The notes under the pieces were generated by a model. That model did no database searches, was not told the DNA's origin, and was given only the letters and a program-made list of their open reading frames with translations. DNA of 64,000 bases. Source: Escherichia coli. GTDB lineage: Bacteria; Pseudomonadota; Gammaproteobacteria; Enterobacterales; Enterobacteriaceae. A program made the position numbers and the translations under genes. Shown here one piece after another: positions 1-10,959 of the stretch (the first letter of the stretch is position 1; every line of letters begins with the position of its first letter). The DNA lies in the NCBI RefSeq assembly GCF_048403405.1, contig NZ_CP183136.1. The stretch is one strand, 5' to 3'.

Positions 1-17
1 CACCACGAGGCATCCCT

Positions 18-230
18 ATGTCTAGTCCACATCAGGATAGCCTCTTACCGCGCTTTGCGCAAGGAGAAGAAGGCCATGAAACTACCACGAAGTTCCCTTG
101 TCTGGTGTGTGTTGATCGTGTGTCTCACACTGTTGATATTCACTTATCTGACACGAAAATCGCTGTGCGAGATTCGTTACAGAGACGGACACAGGGAGGT
201 GGCGGCTTTCATGGCTTACGAATCCGGTAA
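18..230 (+). CDS. mok: Mok, overlapping frame required for hok translation
   Basis: 70-aa ORF that overlaps hok in another frame and ends just inside hok, as in hok/mok/sok loci. Confidence 0.55.
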   Translation: MSSPHQDSLLPRFAQGEEGHETTTKFPCLVCVDRVSHTVDIHLSDTKIAVRDSLQRRTQGGGGFHGLRIR

Positions 231-234
231 GTAG
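76..234 (+). CDS. hok: Hok-family type I toxin (52 aa)
   Basis: Translation [52 protein letters not shown] matches the Hok/FlmA family from recall. Confidence 0.85.
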   Translation: MKLPRSSLVWCVLIVCLTLLIFTYLTRKSLCEIRYRDGHREVAAFMAYESGK

Positions 235-240
235 CAACCT

Positions 241-275
241 GGAGGCGGGCGCAGGCCCGCCTTTTCAGGGCTGAT
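241..275 (+). terminator. Rho-independent terminator, hok mRNA 3' end
   Basis: GC hairpin ggcgggcgcaggcccgcc followed by a T-run. Confidence 0.6.
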
Positions 276-599
276 GCTGGTCTGACTGCACTGAAGCGCC
301 TTTATAAAGGGGCTGCTGGTTCGCCGGTGGCCCCTTTCTCCTTGCTGGCATTGTACGGGCATGAACAACCAGACTGCCAGGAAGGCCGTTTCCCTTCGGG
401 AACGGGGATGAACGTGCGCCTGCGGCGCCCGTTCTTTTCCCCCGCCTTCTCTGTTTATGACTTACCAGAAATCACATCACCTTCCCTTTGATTATTCTCT
501 TTTTCTTCCTGCTCTGACTCTGACTACTGCTGCCCTGATTGTCCTGTCTGCCTGGTCGTACCTTCGGCTCCTAGCTGCCTGGCGGTATCCGGGCGTCAG

Positions 600-1128
600 G
601 CCCGACTCCGGCGGGGCGGGCTGCTGGCGCAACGGCCAGTCCAGCGAAGCTGTCTGCGCCCTGGTTTCGGGCTGTTGCCACGGTCCGCTGACGCAAAAAC
701 CCGGGTTTGCAGCGACCGGACCGGTCGCGCCGCCCTCTGTCGCGCCGTGGCCTGCGCTCCCGGCATCCCGGCAAAAGGCGCCGGGATGTAAGGCGCAACG
801 CCGTTTCGCGAACCGCGCTTCACGTCGTTGCGGCGGGTCCCTGCCCGTTGTTGTGTCCGGTGCCATTCACCTGTTTAAGCCCCTGTCGCCGGGGGCATAG
901 ACAGCCACAACCTGCCGCACTGACTGTCCAGGGTAAATGAACAGCCCACAAAATTTTTTACCCAAAACCCGGTAAAAACTTTTGCGGTCTGCCCAGGACA
1001 GGTGCGTTTCCGGCCGTGGCAGTGATGCCCCTTGCGGCGAAGGTTCTCAAACAGGTGATGGTGAATACCGGAGGGAACAAAAGGCAGGTCCCCGCAAAAC
1101 GTCAAAACCGCGGCTCCCGAAACTCAAC
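600..1128 (+). repeat. Frpo-like leading-region repeat, copy A
   Basis: About 530 bp of GC-rich sequence near-identical to 58066..58603 and 61376..61908, with internal inverted repeats; ends about 40 bp before the next gene. Confidence 0.7.
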
Positions 1129-1168
1129 AGATGATGGGGGCTGAAAACCAGATAGAGGAGGAAGCAGG

Positions 1169-1372
1169 ATGAGTACCCGAAATATCCACGTTAACACCGC
1201 GTCGTACACGCTATCTTGTTGCCGGGAAGAGAAAAACACAACCGGGGAAGAGTGGGACGTCCTGGAATTCAGGCAGATCCTGCACATCAGAGCTGACAAG
1301 ATATCGCAAAAGCCACCCGGAAAGGATGGCTCTATCAGGTCAATAATGAGCTACGCGACTCAGTCAGGGTAG
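1169..1372 (+). CDS. Hypothetical leading-region protein (67 aa)
   Basis: ORF directly after Frpo copy A with upstream gaggagg RBS; no recognisable family. Confidence 0.4.
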   Translation: MSTRNIHVNTASYTLSCCREEKNTTGEEWDVLEFRQILHIRADKISQKPPGKDGSIRSIMSYATQSG

Positions 1373-1612
1373 CCTGGATAAGCAGTACTCCGCCATATCA
1401 GAAACATTGCGGATGAGCCGATCGCTTCAAACAGTTCCTGCGTCAGATTCAAGCGTGCCGGCCTCGATATCCGGGCGATCTGCTGACCGGATGTGATGAA
1501 TACTCCCTCCTCGGAATTGTTGTCAATCTTGTTAATGGTAGATCGAGGGGGGATGATATTAAGCGGAAAAATTTTTTATTAAATTTATTCTTTCATAAAG
1601 GAGTTAGCTGTT

Positions 1613-2435
1613 ATGCGATTAGCTTCCCGTTTTGGTCGGTATAATTCCATCCGCCGTGAACGTCCTTTAACGGATGATGAATTAATGCAGTTCGTGCCTT
1701 CGGTATTTTCCGGTGATAAACATGAGTCCCGGAGTGAACGTTATACGTATATTCCAACAATCAATATCATCAATAAGTTACGTGATGAAGGTTTCCAGCC
1801 ATTCTTTGCCTGTCAGAGTCGGATTCGTGATTTGGGACGTCGCGAATACAGTAAACATATGTTACGTCTTCGCAGGGAAGGGCATATTAACGGGACAGGA
1901 AGTTCCTGAAATTATCCTGCTTAATTCACATGATGGTTCATCCAGTTATCAGATGATCCCCGGAATTTTTCGTTTTGTCTGCACAAATGGCCTGGTGTGT
2001 GGAAATAATTTTGGCGAAATCCGCGTTCCACATAAAGGTGATATTGTCGGGCAGGTTATCGAGGGAGCGTATGAAGTGCTCGGTGTCTTTGATAAGGTCA
2101 CTGATAATATGGAGGCGATGAAAGAAATTCATCTTAACAGTGACGAGCAACATTTATTTGGCAGAGCTGCACTGATGGTCAGGTATGAAGATGAAAATAA
2201 AACGCCAGTGACACCTGAACAGATAATTACTCCCCGTCGTCGGGAAGACAAACAGAACGATCTCTGGACAACCTGGCAGCGGGTTCAGGAGAATATGATA
2301 AAAGGTGGATTATCGGGGCGAAGTGCCTCCGGGAAAAATACCAGGACAAGAGCCATTACAGGTATTGATGGTGATATAAGAATCAACAAGGCGTTATGGG
2401 TGATTGCCGAACAGTTCAGAAAGTGGAAGTCATGA
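1613..2435 (+). pseudogene. yubP: Leading-region DUF932-like protein (orf273/yubP), frameshifted
   Basis: ORFs 1613..1909 and 1713..2435 are in different frames and together span 823 nt, one base more than 273 codons plus stop; break near 1870. Confidence 0.6.
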
Positions 2436-2440
2436 TAATA

Positions 2441-2480
2441 TAAGTAAAGCCCCGAAAAAATTTTCGGGGCTTTACTTATA
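2441..2480 (+). terminator. Rho-independent terminator after yubP
   Basis: Hairpin aaagccccgaaaa/ttttcggggcttt. Confidence 0.6.
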
Positions 2481-2796
2481 TTATCATTTTGCGGCATTGC
2501 TGTGTCGTCTGATATACCTCAATTTCATCAACCGGCTTTCCGGTTGTCTGTAAATATTGTGCCCGCGAAAAATGGTCTGGCAGGAGGCTGCACAGTTACC
2601 GGGTATATATAAGATGGGTTCCCGCTTCGCGGGGCTTCGGCCAGTCAGCATTATCACTCATATGATATTTTTGTGTGTGGCCTTCCATGCCGCTGTCGCG
2701 GCATAACCGGTATTTGACAATGTCTATAAGATTAATTGTTCTGCACACTGTTAATTTGCGGAAAGTGATTTCTTCGTGGTCGGAAGCCGGATGCCT

Positions 2797-3243
2797 TTAC
2801 TGCTTTTTATCCCAGGTATAAATCCGGTAAACCTCTGATGCGTAGGCAAGACGTCTCTGGTTCTGGCGTTCGGTCTTCCTGAATCCGGCATTGTATGCAC
2901 CAACGGCCTCCCAGGTGACGCCCCATTTTTTAAAGGCTATTGCCAGATAATAAGCACCGGTATAAATGTTCATACAGGGATCTGTTGTCAGATGTTCCGG
3001 CTTAATTCCATAGCGGGCCAGTTCGTTAAAATGCTGGGAATCTACCTGCATCAGTCCGCTGCCATATCCCGTTACCGGATTAATACCGATGGCATTAACC
3101 CGGTAACGGGATTCTTGCCATGATATCGCTCTCAGTAAATCCGGGTCTATTTTGTAATCCCGACCTGCAAGATCAAAGCAATCAGTGGCTTCGCAGATCT
3201 CATTTATAAACATCAGGCAGATTGTTAACATCCATTTTTTCAT
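2797..3243 (-). CDS. Lytic transglycosylase (gene X / orf169)
   Basis: SLT-domain-like sequence ([16 protein letters not shown]...GAYNAG); start [10 protein letters not shown] preceded by gaggtgg RBS; N-terminal signal peptide. Confidence 0.85.
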   Translation of the reverse strand: MKKWMLTICLMFINEICEATDCFDLAGRDYKIDPDLLRAISWQESRYRVNAIGINPVTGYGSGLMQVDSQHFNELARYGIKPEHLTTDPCMNIYTGAYYLAIAFKKWGVTWEAVGAYNAGFRKTERQNQRRLAYASEVYRIYTWDKKQ

Positions 3244-3289
3244 TTTTCCACCTCTGGTGACTTTATCCGTAAATAATTTAACCCACTCC

Positions 3290-3660
3290 ACAAAAAGGCT
3301 CAACAGGTTGGTGGTTCTCACCACCAAAAGCACCACACCCTACGCAAAAACAAGTTTTTGCTGATTTTTCTTTAATATCATAGAGTAGTATATGAAAAAT
3401 TAGTATTGTCTTAACTCTCTTTATGATATTTAAAAAAGCGGTCGTCGACGCAGCTACAGCAACGCGCCGACACCGCTTTGTAGGGGTGGTACTGACTATT
3501 TTTATAAAAAACATTATTTTATATTAGGGGTGCTGCTAGCGGCGCGGTGTGTTTTTTTATAGGATACCGTCTAGGGGCGCTGCTAGCGGTGCGTCCCTGT
3601 TTGCACTATGAATTCTAGTGTTTCGAAATTAACTTTGTTTTATGTTTAAAAAAGGTAATA
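3290..3660 (-). other. oriT: oriT, R100-type; nic on minus strand at about 3334/3335
   Basis: Minus strand reads tttttgcgtagggtgtggtgcttttggtggtgagaaccaccaacctgttgagcc, matching the F/R100 nic region from recall; direct repeats taggggtgctgctagcggcgcg and ctaggggcgctgctagcggtgcg (likely TraM sites) upstream of traM. Confidence 0.8.
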
Positions 3661-3664
3661 TCTA

Positions 3665-4048
3665 ATGGCTAAGGTGAATCTGTATATCAGCAATGATGCT
3701 TATGAAAAAATAAACGCGATTATTGAAAAACGTCGACAGGAAGGGGCAAGAGAAAAAGATGTCAGTTTTTCAGCAACGGCTTCAATGCTTCTTGAACTGG
3801 GTCTTCGTGTATATGAGGCTCAGATGGAGCGCAAAGAGTCTGCATTTAATCAGGCCGAGTTTAATAAACTACTTCTTGAATGCGTTGTAAAAACACAGTC
3901 ATCAGTAGCGAAAATTTTGGGTATTGAGTCTCTCAGTCCTCATGTCTCAGGAAATCCAAAGTTTGAATATGCCAATATGGTTGAAGATATCAGAGAGAAG
4001 GTGTCGGCTGAGATGGAAAGGTTCTTTCCAAAAAATGATGATGAATAA
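3665..4048 (+). CDS. traM: TraM, relaxosome accessory protein
   Basis: 127-aa ORF MAKVNLYISNDAYEKINAIIEKRRQEG..., first gene after oriT. Confidence 0.9.
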   Translation: MAKVNLYISNDAYEKINAIIEKRRQEGAREKDVSFSATASMLLELGLRVYEAQMERKESAFNQAEFNKLLLECVVKTQSSVAKILGIESLSPHVSGNPKFEYANMVEDIREKVSAEMERFFPKNDDE

Positions 4049-4164
4049 AGGGAAATAAATTTTGACTTTGTTCAAATATCAGACTTTTTAATGGTTCAAA
4101 CTGATGACAATAATCGAGAGATAATTAGTATATTAATTACGTGGTTAATGCCACGTTAAAATTT

Positions 4165-4245
4165 GAACTTGAAAATCGCCGATGCAGGGAGCTTGTCCCT
4201 CCCTGCATCGACTGTCCATAGAATCCTTTGTGAGGAGGTTCCTAT
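4165..4245 (-). ncRNA. finP: FinP antisense RNA (approximate bounds)
   Basis: Perfect stem-loop cgatgcagggag-cttgtc-ctccctgcatcg at 4180..4210 in the traJ leader, plus a second hairpin over the traJ RBS and start; bounds inferred. Confidence 0.5.
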
Positions 4246-4938
4246 GTATCCGATGGATCGTATTCAACAAAAACATGCTCGTCAAATCAGATCTGCTGGA
4301 AAATCTGACGGCAGTTATTCAGGATTATCCAAATCCAGCCTGTATCAGGGACGAAACTGGAAAATTTATTTTTTGCAATACGCTGTTTCATGAGTCATTT
4401 CTTACACATAGATCAAAGTGCTGAAAAATGGCTTCTGTCGCAGAGAGATTTTTGTGAATTGATCTCTGTCACAGAGATGGAAGCATACAGGAATGAGCAT
4501 ACGCATCTTAATCTTGTAGAGGATGTTTTTATTCAGAACAGATTCTGGACAATATCTGTCCAGTCATTTCTTAATGGACACAGAAATATTATTACTGGTG
4601 GCAATTTTATGATGCTGCTCATGTTCGTCATAAAGACAGTTATAATCAAAAAACGATTGTCAGTGATGATATCAGAAATATAATCAGAAGAATGAGTGAT
4701 GATTCTTCTGTATCATCATATGTAAATGATGTCTTTTACTTATATAGCACCGGAATCAGTCATAATGCTATAGCAAGAATATTAAATATATCCATCTCCA
4801 CATCAAAGATAACACGCATCTCTGATATGCGACTACTTCTCTGTTTCTAATAAAGATGAGTTAATTATCTTACTCTACAATAAAAAGTTTATTTATTATT
4901 TATACGAGAAGGCTATGTGTATCATAAATACGCGTTAA
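4244..4938 (+). pseudogene. traJ: TraJ transfer activator, multiply frameshifted
   Basis: ORFs 4163..4393, 4182..4424 and 4390..4683 in three frames carry consecutive TraJ-like segments (MYPMDRIQQKHARQI / DLLENLTAVIQDYPNPACIRDETGKF / DQSAEKWLLSQRDFCELISVTEMEAYRNEH). Confidence 0.7.
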
Positions 4939-5030
4939 TAAGGTGTTGATAAAATATAGACTTTCCGTCTATTTACCTTTTCTGATTATTCTGTAAACAT
5001 AAGTGGTAACCAGAAGATAAACAGCGGGAG

Positions 5031-5441
5031 GTGTTATTGAAAAGATTTGGTACACGTTCTGCAACAGGTAAGATGGTAAAACTAAAATTACCTGTAGATG
5101 TGGAAAGTCTATTAATTGAGGCAAGTAACAGAAGCGGAAGAAGTCGATCGTTTGAGGCAGTAATAAGACTTAAAGATCATCTTCACCGCTATCCAAAGTT
5201 TAACAGGGCAGGGAATATCTATGGTAAGTCGCTGGTTAAGTATCTGACAATGCGTCTGGATGATGAAACTAACCAGCTACTTACTTGCAGCCAAAAATCG
5301 TAGTGGATGGTGTAAAACAGATGAGGCATGCAGACAGAGTTATTGATCATTTGATCAAGTTATCCTGATTTTTATAACTCGGAGAAATATTCAGGGAGGC
5401 AGATAGAAGAGGAACGATATCAACATTTAAATACACTCTAG
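5031..5441 (+). pseudogene. traY: TraY (ribbon-helix-helix), apparent frameshift at the 3' end
   Basis: GTG-start ORF MLLKRFGTRSATGKMVKLKLPVDVESLLIEASNRSGRSRSFEAVIRL stops at 5303 while TraY-like coding continues in another frame. Confidence 0.6.
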
Positions 5442-5477
5442 TTTTATTCATTTATCCGTATTAATTAGAGGTAATCT

Positions 5478-5849
5478 TATGAATGCTGTTTTAAGTGTTC
5501 AGGGTGCTTCTGCGCCCGTCGAAAAGAAGTCGTTTTTTTCTAAATTCACTCGTCTGAATATGCTTCGCCTGGCTCGCGCAGTGATCCCGGCTGCTGTTCT
5601 GATGATGTTCTTCCCTGCAGCTGGCGATGGCCGCTGGCAGCAATGGTCACGGACCTGATGGCTAAGCGGTCAGGACCACGGTTAAGGCGACCTTCGGTAA
5701 GGACTCCAGTATCGTTAAATGGGTTGTTCTGGCTGAAGTTCTGGTCGGTGCAGTCATGTACATGATGACCAAAAACGTCAAGTTCCTGGTCGGCTTTGCC
5801 ATACATCTCTGTATTTATTGCTGTGGGTATGGCCGTCGTTGGCTTCTGA
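5478..5849 (+). pseudogene. traA: TraA propilin, frameshifted
   Basis: MNAVLSVQGASAPVEKKSFFSKFTRLNMLRLARAVIPAAVLMMFFP then a frame break; pilin C-terminus ([34 protein letters not shown]) continues in other frames into ORF 5756.. Confidence 0.65.
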
Positions 5850-5863
5850 CAGGAAATAAAACG

Positions 5864-6175
5864 ATGTCGGGAGACGAGAATAAACTTAAGAAATATCGTT
5901 TCCCGGAAACACTGACCAACCAGAGCCGCTGGTTTGGCCTGCCACTGGATGAACTGATCCCCGCAGCAATCTGTATTGGCTGGGGTATCACAACATCGAA
6001 ATATCTGTTCGGTATTGGTGCAGCGGTTCTGGTTTATTTCGGGATTAAAAAACTGAAAAAAGGGCGGGGCAGTTCCTGGTTACGTGACCTGATTTACTGG
6101 TATATGCCAACAGCCCTGCTGCGCGGTATTTTTCATAATGTTCCCGATTCGTGTTTCCGGCAGTGGATTAAATAG
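5864..6175 (+). CDS. traL: TraL, pilus assembly
   Basis: [33 protein letters not shown]..., internal start within ORF 5756..6175. Confidence 0.85.
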
Positions 6176-6196
6176 AACTGATACCAGGATTGTTAT

Positions 6197-6763
6197 ATGG
6201 AACACGGTGCCCGTTTAAGTACCAGTCGTGTAATGGCCATCGCCTTTATATTTATGTCAGTGCTTATTGTTCTCAGCCTCTCTGTTAACGTCATTCAGGG
6301 GGTGAATAACTACCGTCTTCAGAATGAGCAACGCACTGCCGTGACGCCAATGGCATTTAATGCCCCCTTTGCCGTGTCACAGAACAGTGCCGACGCCTCT
6401 TATTTACAGCAGATGGCGCTGTCATTTATTGCCCTCCGTCTGAATGTTTCATCAGAAACCGTCGATGCCTCACATCAGGCGCTTCTGCAATATATCCGCC
6501 CGGGCGCACAGAACCAGATGAAAGTTATTCTGGCTGAAGAAGCGAAGCGTATTAAAAACGATAACGTGAACTCAGCCTTTTTCCAGACCAGTGTTCGTGT
6601 CTGGCCTCAGTATGGCCGTGTGGAAATTCGAGGTGTGCTTAAAACCTGGATTGGTGATTCAAAACCTTTCACTGATATCAAACATTACATCCTTATTCTG
6701 AAGCGGGAAAACGGGGTGACCTGGCTGGATAATTTCGGGGAAACAGACGATGAGAAAAAATAA
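6197..6763 (+). CDS. traE: TraE, pilus assembly
   Basis: 188-aa ORF with N-terminal membrane anchor, position in tra operon. Confidence 0.85.
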   Translation: MEHGARLSTSRVMAIAFIFMSVLIVLSLSVNVIQGVNNYRLQNEQRTAVTPMAFNAPFAVSQNSADASYLQQMALSFIALRLNVSSETVDASHQALLQYIRPGAQNQMKVILAEEAKRIKNDNVNSAFFQTSVRVWPQYGRVEIRGVLKTWIGDSKPFTDIKHYILILKRENGVTWLDNFGETDDEKK

Positions 6764-7478
6764 TACGGCAATAATATTCGGCAGCCTGTTTTTTTCCTGC
6801 AGCGTGATGGCCGCAAACGGTACGCTGGCCCCCACCGTGGTGCCAATGGTGAACGGTGGTCAGGCCAGTATTGCCATCAGCAATACCAGCCCGAATCTGT
6901 TTACCGTTCCCGGTGACCGGATTATCGCCGTGAACAGTCTGGATGGTGCCCTGACCAATAATGAGCAGACCGCCTCCGGCGGTGTGGTGGTTGCCACCGT
7001 CAACAAAAAGCCCTTTACGTTCATTCTGGAAACAGAACGTGGTCTGAATCTTTCCATTCAGGCCGTTCCCCGTGAAGGCGCGGGGCGTACCATTCAGCTG
7101 GTCAGTGACCTGCGCGGAACCGGAGAAGAAGCCGGTGCGTGGGAAACGTCCACGCCTTACGAATCCCTGCTTGTGACCATCAGCCAGGCCGTCCGTGGCG
7201 GAAAATTACCCGCAGGCTGGTATCAGGTCCCAGTGACAAAGGAAACCCTGCAGGCCCCGGCGGGGCTGTCTTCAGTGGCAGATGCCGTATGGACGGGGAA
7301 TCACCTGAAGATGGTCCGCTTTGCCGTGGAAAATAAAACGCTGTCTGCCCTGAATATCCGGGAAAGTGACTTCTGGCAGCCGGGAACCCGTGCCGTGATG
7401 TTCAGCCAGCCTGCCAGCCAGTTACTGGCAGGTGCGCGCATGGATGTGTATGTCATCCGTGACGGGGAGGGCAACTGA
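6750..7478 (+). CDS. traK: TraK, secretin-like
   Basis: 242-aa ORF with signal peptide, overlaps traE stop and traB start. Confidence 0.85.
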   Translation: MRKNNTAIIFGSLFFSCSVMAANGTLAPTVVPMVNGGQASIAISNTSPNLFTVPGDRIIAVNSLDGALTNNEQTASGGVVVATVNKKPFTFILETERGLNLSIQAVPREGAGRTIQLVSDLRGTGEEAGAWETSTPYESLLVTISQAVRGGKLPAGWYQVPVTKETLQAPAGLSSVADAVWTGNHLKMVRFAVENKTLSALNIRESDFWQPGTRAVMFSQPASQLLAGARMDVYVIRDGEGN

Positions 7479-8905
7479 TGGCCAGTATCAATACCATTGT
7501 GAAACGCAAGCAGTACCTGTGGCTGGGGATTGTGGTTGTCGGTACAGCCTCCGCGATTGGTGGGGCACTGTATCTGTCTGATGTGGACATGTCCGGTAAC
7601 GGTGAAACCGTGGCTGAACAGGAGCCTGTGCCGGATATGACCGGTGTGGTGGATACGACCTTTGATGACAAGGTGCGTCAGCATGCCACCACCGAGATGC
7701 AGGTGACGGCAGCGCAGATGCAGAAGCAGTATGAGGAAATCCGTCGTGAGCTGGATGTTCTGAACAAACAGCGCGGTGATGACCAGCGTCGTATTGAAAA
7801 GTTGGGACAGGACAATGCCGCCCTGGCAGAGCAGGTAAAAGCCCTGGGTGCTAATCCCGTCACGGCGACCGGTGAGCCTGTACCGCAGATGCCTGCCTCA
7901 CCGCCCGGCCCGGAAGGCGAACCACAGCCAGGAAACACCCCCGTATCCTTCCCGCCGCAGGGCAGCGTTGCTGTTCCACCGCCGACGGCGTTTTATCCCG
8001 GGAATGGTGTCACGCCACCACCACAGGTGACGTACCAGTCTGTGCCGGTGCCTAACCGGATACAGCGTAAGGTGTTTACCCGTAATGAGGGAAAACAGGG
8101 ACCATCACTGCCGTACATTCCGTCAGGAAGTTTTGCGAAAGCCATGCTGATTGAAGGGGCGGATGCCAATGCCTCTGTCACCGGTAATGAATCCACGGTG
8201 CCGATGCAGCTGCGTATCACCGGCCTGGTGGAAATGCCGAACAGCAAGACGTATGACGCAACGGGATGTTTTGTGGGTCTGGAAGCCTGGGGGGATGTGT
8301 CCAGTGAGCGTGCCATTGTACGCACCCGCAATATCAGTTGCCTGAAGGACGGCAAAACTATTGATATGCCGATTAAGGGGCATGTCAGCTTCCGGGGTAA
8401 AAACGGTATCAAGGGCGAAGTGGTGATGCGTAACGGCAAAATCCTCGGCTGGGCATGGGGCGCGGGATTTGTTGACGGTATCGGTCAGGGAATGGAGCGC
8501 GCCTCCCAGCCGGCTGTCGGGCTGGGTGCCACAGCCGCTTACGGGGCTGGTGATGTCCTGAAAATGGGTATCGGTGGCGGCGCATCGAAAGCCGCACAGA
8601 CGCTCAGTGACTACTACATCAAACGTGCCGAACAGTATCACCCGGTGATACCGATTGGTGCGGGCAACGAAGTGACCGTGGTGTTCCAGGACGGCTTCCA
8701 GCTGAAAACCGTGGAAGAGATGGCGCTGGAACGCACGCAGAGCAGAGCGGAAGAAGACAATCCGGAAAGTCCGGTTCCTGTTCCGCCATCGGCTGAAAGT
8801 CATCTTAACGGCTTTAATACTGACCAGATGCTGAAGCAGCTGGGCAACCTGAATCCGCAGCAGTTTATGTCCGGCAGCCAGGGAGGGGGCAACGATGGCA
8901 AATAA
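7478..8905 (+). CDS. traB: TraB, VirB10-like
   Basis: 475-aa ORF with coiled-coil and proline-rich region typical of TraB. Confidence 0.9.
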   Translation: MASINTIVKRKQYLWLGIVVVGTASAIGGALYLSDVDMSGNGETVAEQEPVPDMTGVVDTTFDDKVRQHATTEMQVTAAQMQKQYEEIRRELDVLNKQRGDDQRRIEKLGQDNAALAEQVKALGANPVTATGEPVPQMPASPPGPEGEPQPGNTPVSFPPQGSVAVPPPTAFYPGNGVTPPPQVTYQSVPVPNRIQRKVFTRNEGKQGPSLPYIPSGSFAKAMLIEGADANASVTGNESTVPMQLRITGLVEMPNSKTYDATGCFVGLEAWGDVSSERAIVRTRNISCLKDGKTIDMPIKGHVSFRGKNGIKGEVVMRNGKILGWAWGAGFVDGIGQGMERASQPAVGLGATAAYGAGDVLKMGIGGGASKAAQTLSDYYIKRAEQYHPVIPIGAGNEVTVVFQDGFQLKTVEEMALERTQSRAEEDNPESPVPVPPSAESHLNGFNTDQMLKQLGNLNPQQFMSGSQGGGNDGK

Positions 8906-9485
8906 TATGTCGTCCCGTCAGGCGTGCCATGCCGCCCGGTATGTTGTCGCCCGGGTTCTGCGAGGACTGTTCTGGTGTCTGAAGTACACCGTCATTCTGC
9001 CACTGGCCACAATGGCCCTGATGGCTCTGTTTGTTTTATGGAAGGACAACACCACGCCGGGGAAATTACTGGTTAAGGAGATTAACTTCGTAAGACAAAC
9101 AGCACCTGCCGGACAGTTCCCGGTCAGTGAATGCTGGTTTTCTTCCTCTGATTCTTCAGGCAGATCAGAAATACAGGATATCTGCCATTACCGCGCGGCT
9201 GATGCTGCAGATTATGTCAGGGAGACTGACCGGTCACTGATGCAACTGGTCACCGCATTATGGGCAACACTGGCACTGATGTATGTCTCGCTGGCAGCGA
9301 TCACCGGGAAATATCCGGTGCGACCAGGAAAAATGAAATGTATCCGGGTGGTAACCGCAGATGAACATCTGAAGGAAGTTTATACGGAAGACGCTTCCCT
9401 GCCGGGAAAAATCAGGAAATGCCCTGTTTATCTTCCTGATGACAGAACAAACAGAAACAACGGAGATAAAAATGAACATGCGTAA
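8895..9485 (+). CDS. traP: TraP
   Basis: 196-aa membrane protein after traB. Confidence 0.75.
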   Translation: MANNMSSRQACHAARYVVARVLRGLFWCLKYTVILPLATMALMALFVLWKDNTTPGKLLVKEINFVRQTAPAGQFPVSECWFSSSDSSGRSEIQDICHYRAADAADYVRETDRSLMQLVTALWATLALMYVSLAAITGKYPVRPGKMKCIRVVTADEHLKEVYTEDASLPGKIRKCPVYLPDDRTNRNNGDKNEHA

Positions 9486-9669
9486 TATTAATGTTATTAC
9501 AGCCCTCTCTGTGCCGGGTAAAACCGTGTCAGATGATTTTATGCATGCTGTTCTCAGTAACTGCGCCACAAGAATCGTACTTCCTGCACCGGAGAAATTC
9601 GGTTCTGAGTCATTGCCGGACAATTTTAATATGACTGCTGTCGGTGTGATGAAGAATTCAGAAATATAA
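9472..9669 (+). CDS. trbD: TrbD
   Basis: Small ORF MNMRNINVITALSVPGKTV... between traP and trbG. Confidence 0.6.
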   Translation: MNMRNINVITALSVPGKTVSDDFMHAVLSNCATRIVLPAPEKFGSESLPDNFNMTAVGVMKNSEI

Positions 9670-9680
9670 GGAACCCTTCG

Positions 9681-9932
9681 ATGAATAAGCTGGTTTCTGA
9701 TGGCAGCGTCAAAAAAATAAATTATCCGGTGCTGTATGAGTCCGGAATAACACCTCCGTTATGTGAAGTCAGTGCACCAGAACCTGATGCGGGTGGGAAA
9801 CGCATTGTGGCATATGTTTATAAATCATCACGGAGTACGGTTTTTGAAAATCCTGACATTGTAAAAACCTGTACGGTCAGGGATTTGAAGAAGGATTTTG
9901 TGAACTGCGATGAGAAAGGTGAGGGACAATGA
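9681..9932 (+). CDS. trbG: TrbG
   Basis: 83-aa ORF before traV, gene order. Confidence 0.65.
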   Translation: MNKLVSDGSVKKINYPVLYESGITPPLCEVSAPEPDAGGKRIVAYVYKSSRSTVFENPDIVKTCTVRDLKKDFVNCDEKGEGQ

Positions 9933-10444
9933 AACAGATTTCTTTCTTTATTCCTCTGCTGGGGACCTTATTACTTTCCGGCTGTGCCGGAACCAGTACG
10001 GAATTTGAGTGTAACGCCACCACATCCGATACCTGTATGACGATGGAGCAGGCCAATGAGAAGGCCAAAAAACTGGAGCAGTCCTCAGAAGCAAAGCCGG
10101 TTGCGGCATCACTGCCGCGCCTGGCTGAAGGGAACTTCCGGACAATGCCGGTGCAGACCGTCACCGCGACCACTCCGTCCGGCAGCAGACCTGCGGTGAC
10201 AGCACATCCGGAGCAGAAACTGCTGGCACCTCGCCCGCTGTTTACCGCTGCCCGGGAAGTGAAAACGGTTGTTCCGGTCAGTTCAGTTACGCCGGTAACA
10301 CCTCCTCGTCCGCTAAGAACGGGTGAGCAGACGGCAGCATTATGGATAGCGCCTTATATTGATAACCAGGATGTTTATCATCAGCCATCCAGCGTGTTTT
10401 TTGTTATTAAACCGTCTGCGTGGGGAAAACCACGTATTAATTAA
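9929..10444 (+). CDS. traV: TraV lipoprotein
   Basis: Lipobox LLLSGC, 171 aa, proline-rich. Confidence 0.85.
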   Translation: MKQISFFIPLLGTLLLSGCAGTSTEFECNATTSDTCMTMEQANEKAKKLEQSSEAKPVAASLPRLAEGNFRTMPVQTVTATTPSGSRPAVTAHPEQKLLAPRPLFTAAREVKTVVPVSSVTPVTPPRPLRTGEQTAALWIAPYIDNQDVYHQPSSVFFVIKPSAWGKPRIN

Positions 10445-10578
10445 CTGGCCCTGAAGTTGTATATCAGCCGGCAATGCCGGCGGGCTTTCTGTATTCAAAA
10501 TCCGCCTGTAAAACGAGTGCCCTGTGCGTGAAAAGGGATGGGCGGTAGCGTGTCAGAACATGTCGGGAGGAATATTCC

Positions 10579-10800
10579 GTGAGTGATGAAGCCGATGAAG
10601 CATATTCAGTGACAGAACAACTGACCATGACAGGAATAAACCGGATACGCCAGAAAATAAATGCTCATGGTATTCCTGTTTATCTCTGTGAAGCATGCGG
10701 AAATCCTATTCCGGAAGCCCGGCGGAAAATATTTCCCGGTGTGACGTTGTGCGTTGAATGTCAGGCGTATCAGGAAAGACAGAGAAAACATTATGCATAA
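10579..10800 (+). CDS. traR: TraR, DksA-like zinc-finger protein
   Basis: 73 aa with CEACGNPIP...CVECQ zinc-finger motif. Confidence 0.85.
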   Translation: MSDEADEAYSVTEQLTMTGINRIRQKINAHGIPVYLCEACGNPIPEARRKIFPGVTLCVECQAYQERQRKHYA

Positions 10801-10959
10801 GTCAGTCGCAGAACATAGTGATTTAATTCCGGATGAACATGAGTGGATATTCAGAAAACAGAAATCTTTGTATATGCGCCGGGAAATGGCGCGTTAATTA
10901 CAGGTATTCCCTTCATGGCTACCGCATTTCTCGCTTTATTTTTCAACTAAGGAATTCAT

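Noticed and set aside
457-940. Several overlapping ORFs of 75-147 aa on both strands (same pattern at 57833..58574 and 61177..61881)
   Set aside because: They lie inside the GC-rich Frpo-like repeats, overlap each other in multiple frames and give low-complexity Arg/Pro/Ala-rich translations; they are artefacts of the repeat.
8123-8803. 226-aa minus-strand ORF opposite traB
   Set aside because: Antisense to the intact traB frame; high-GC artefact.
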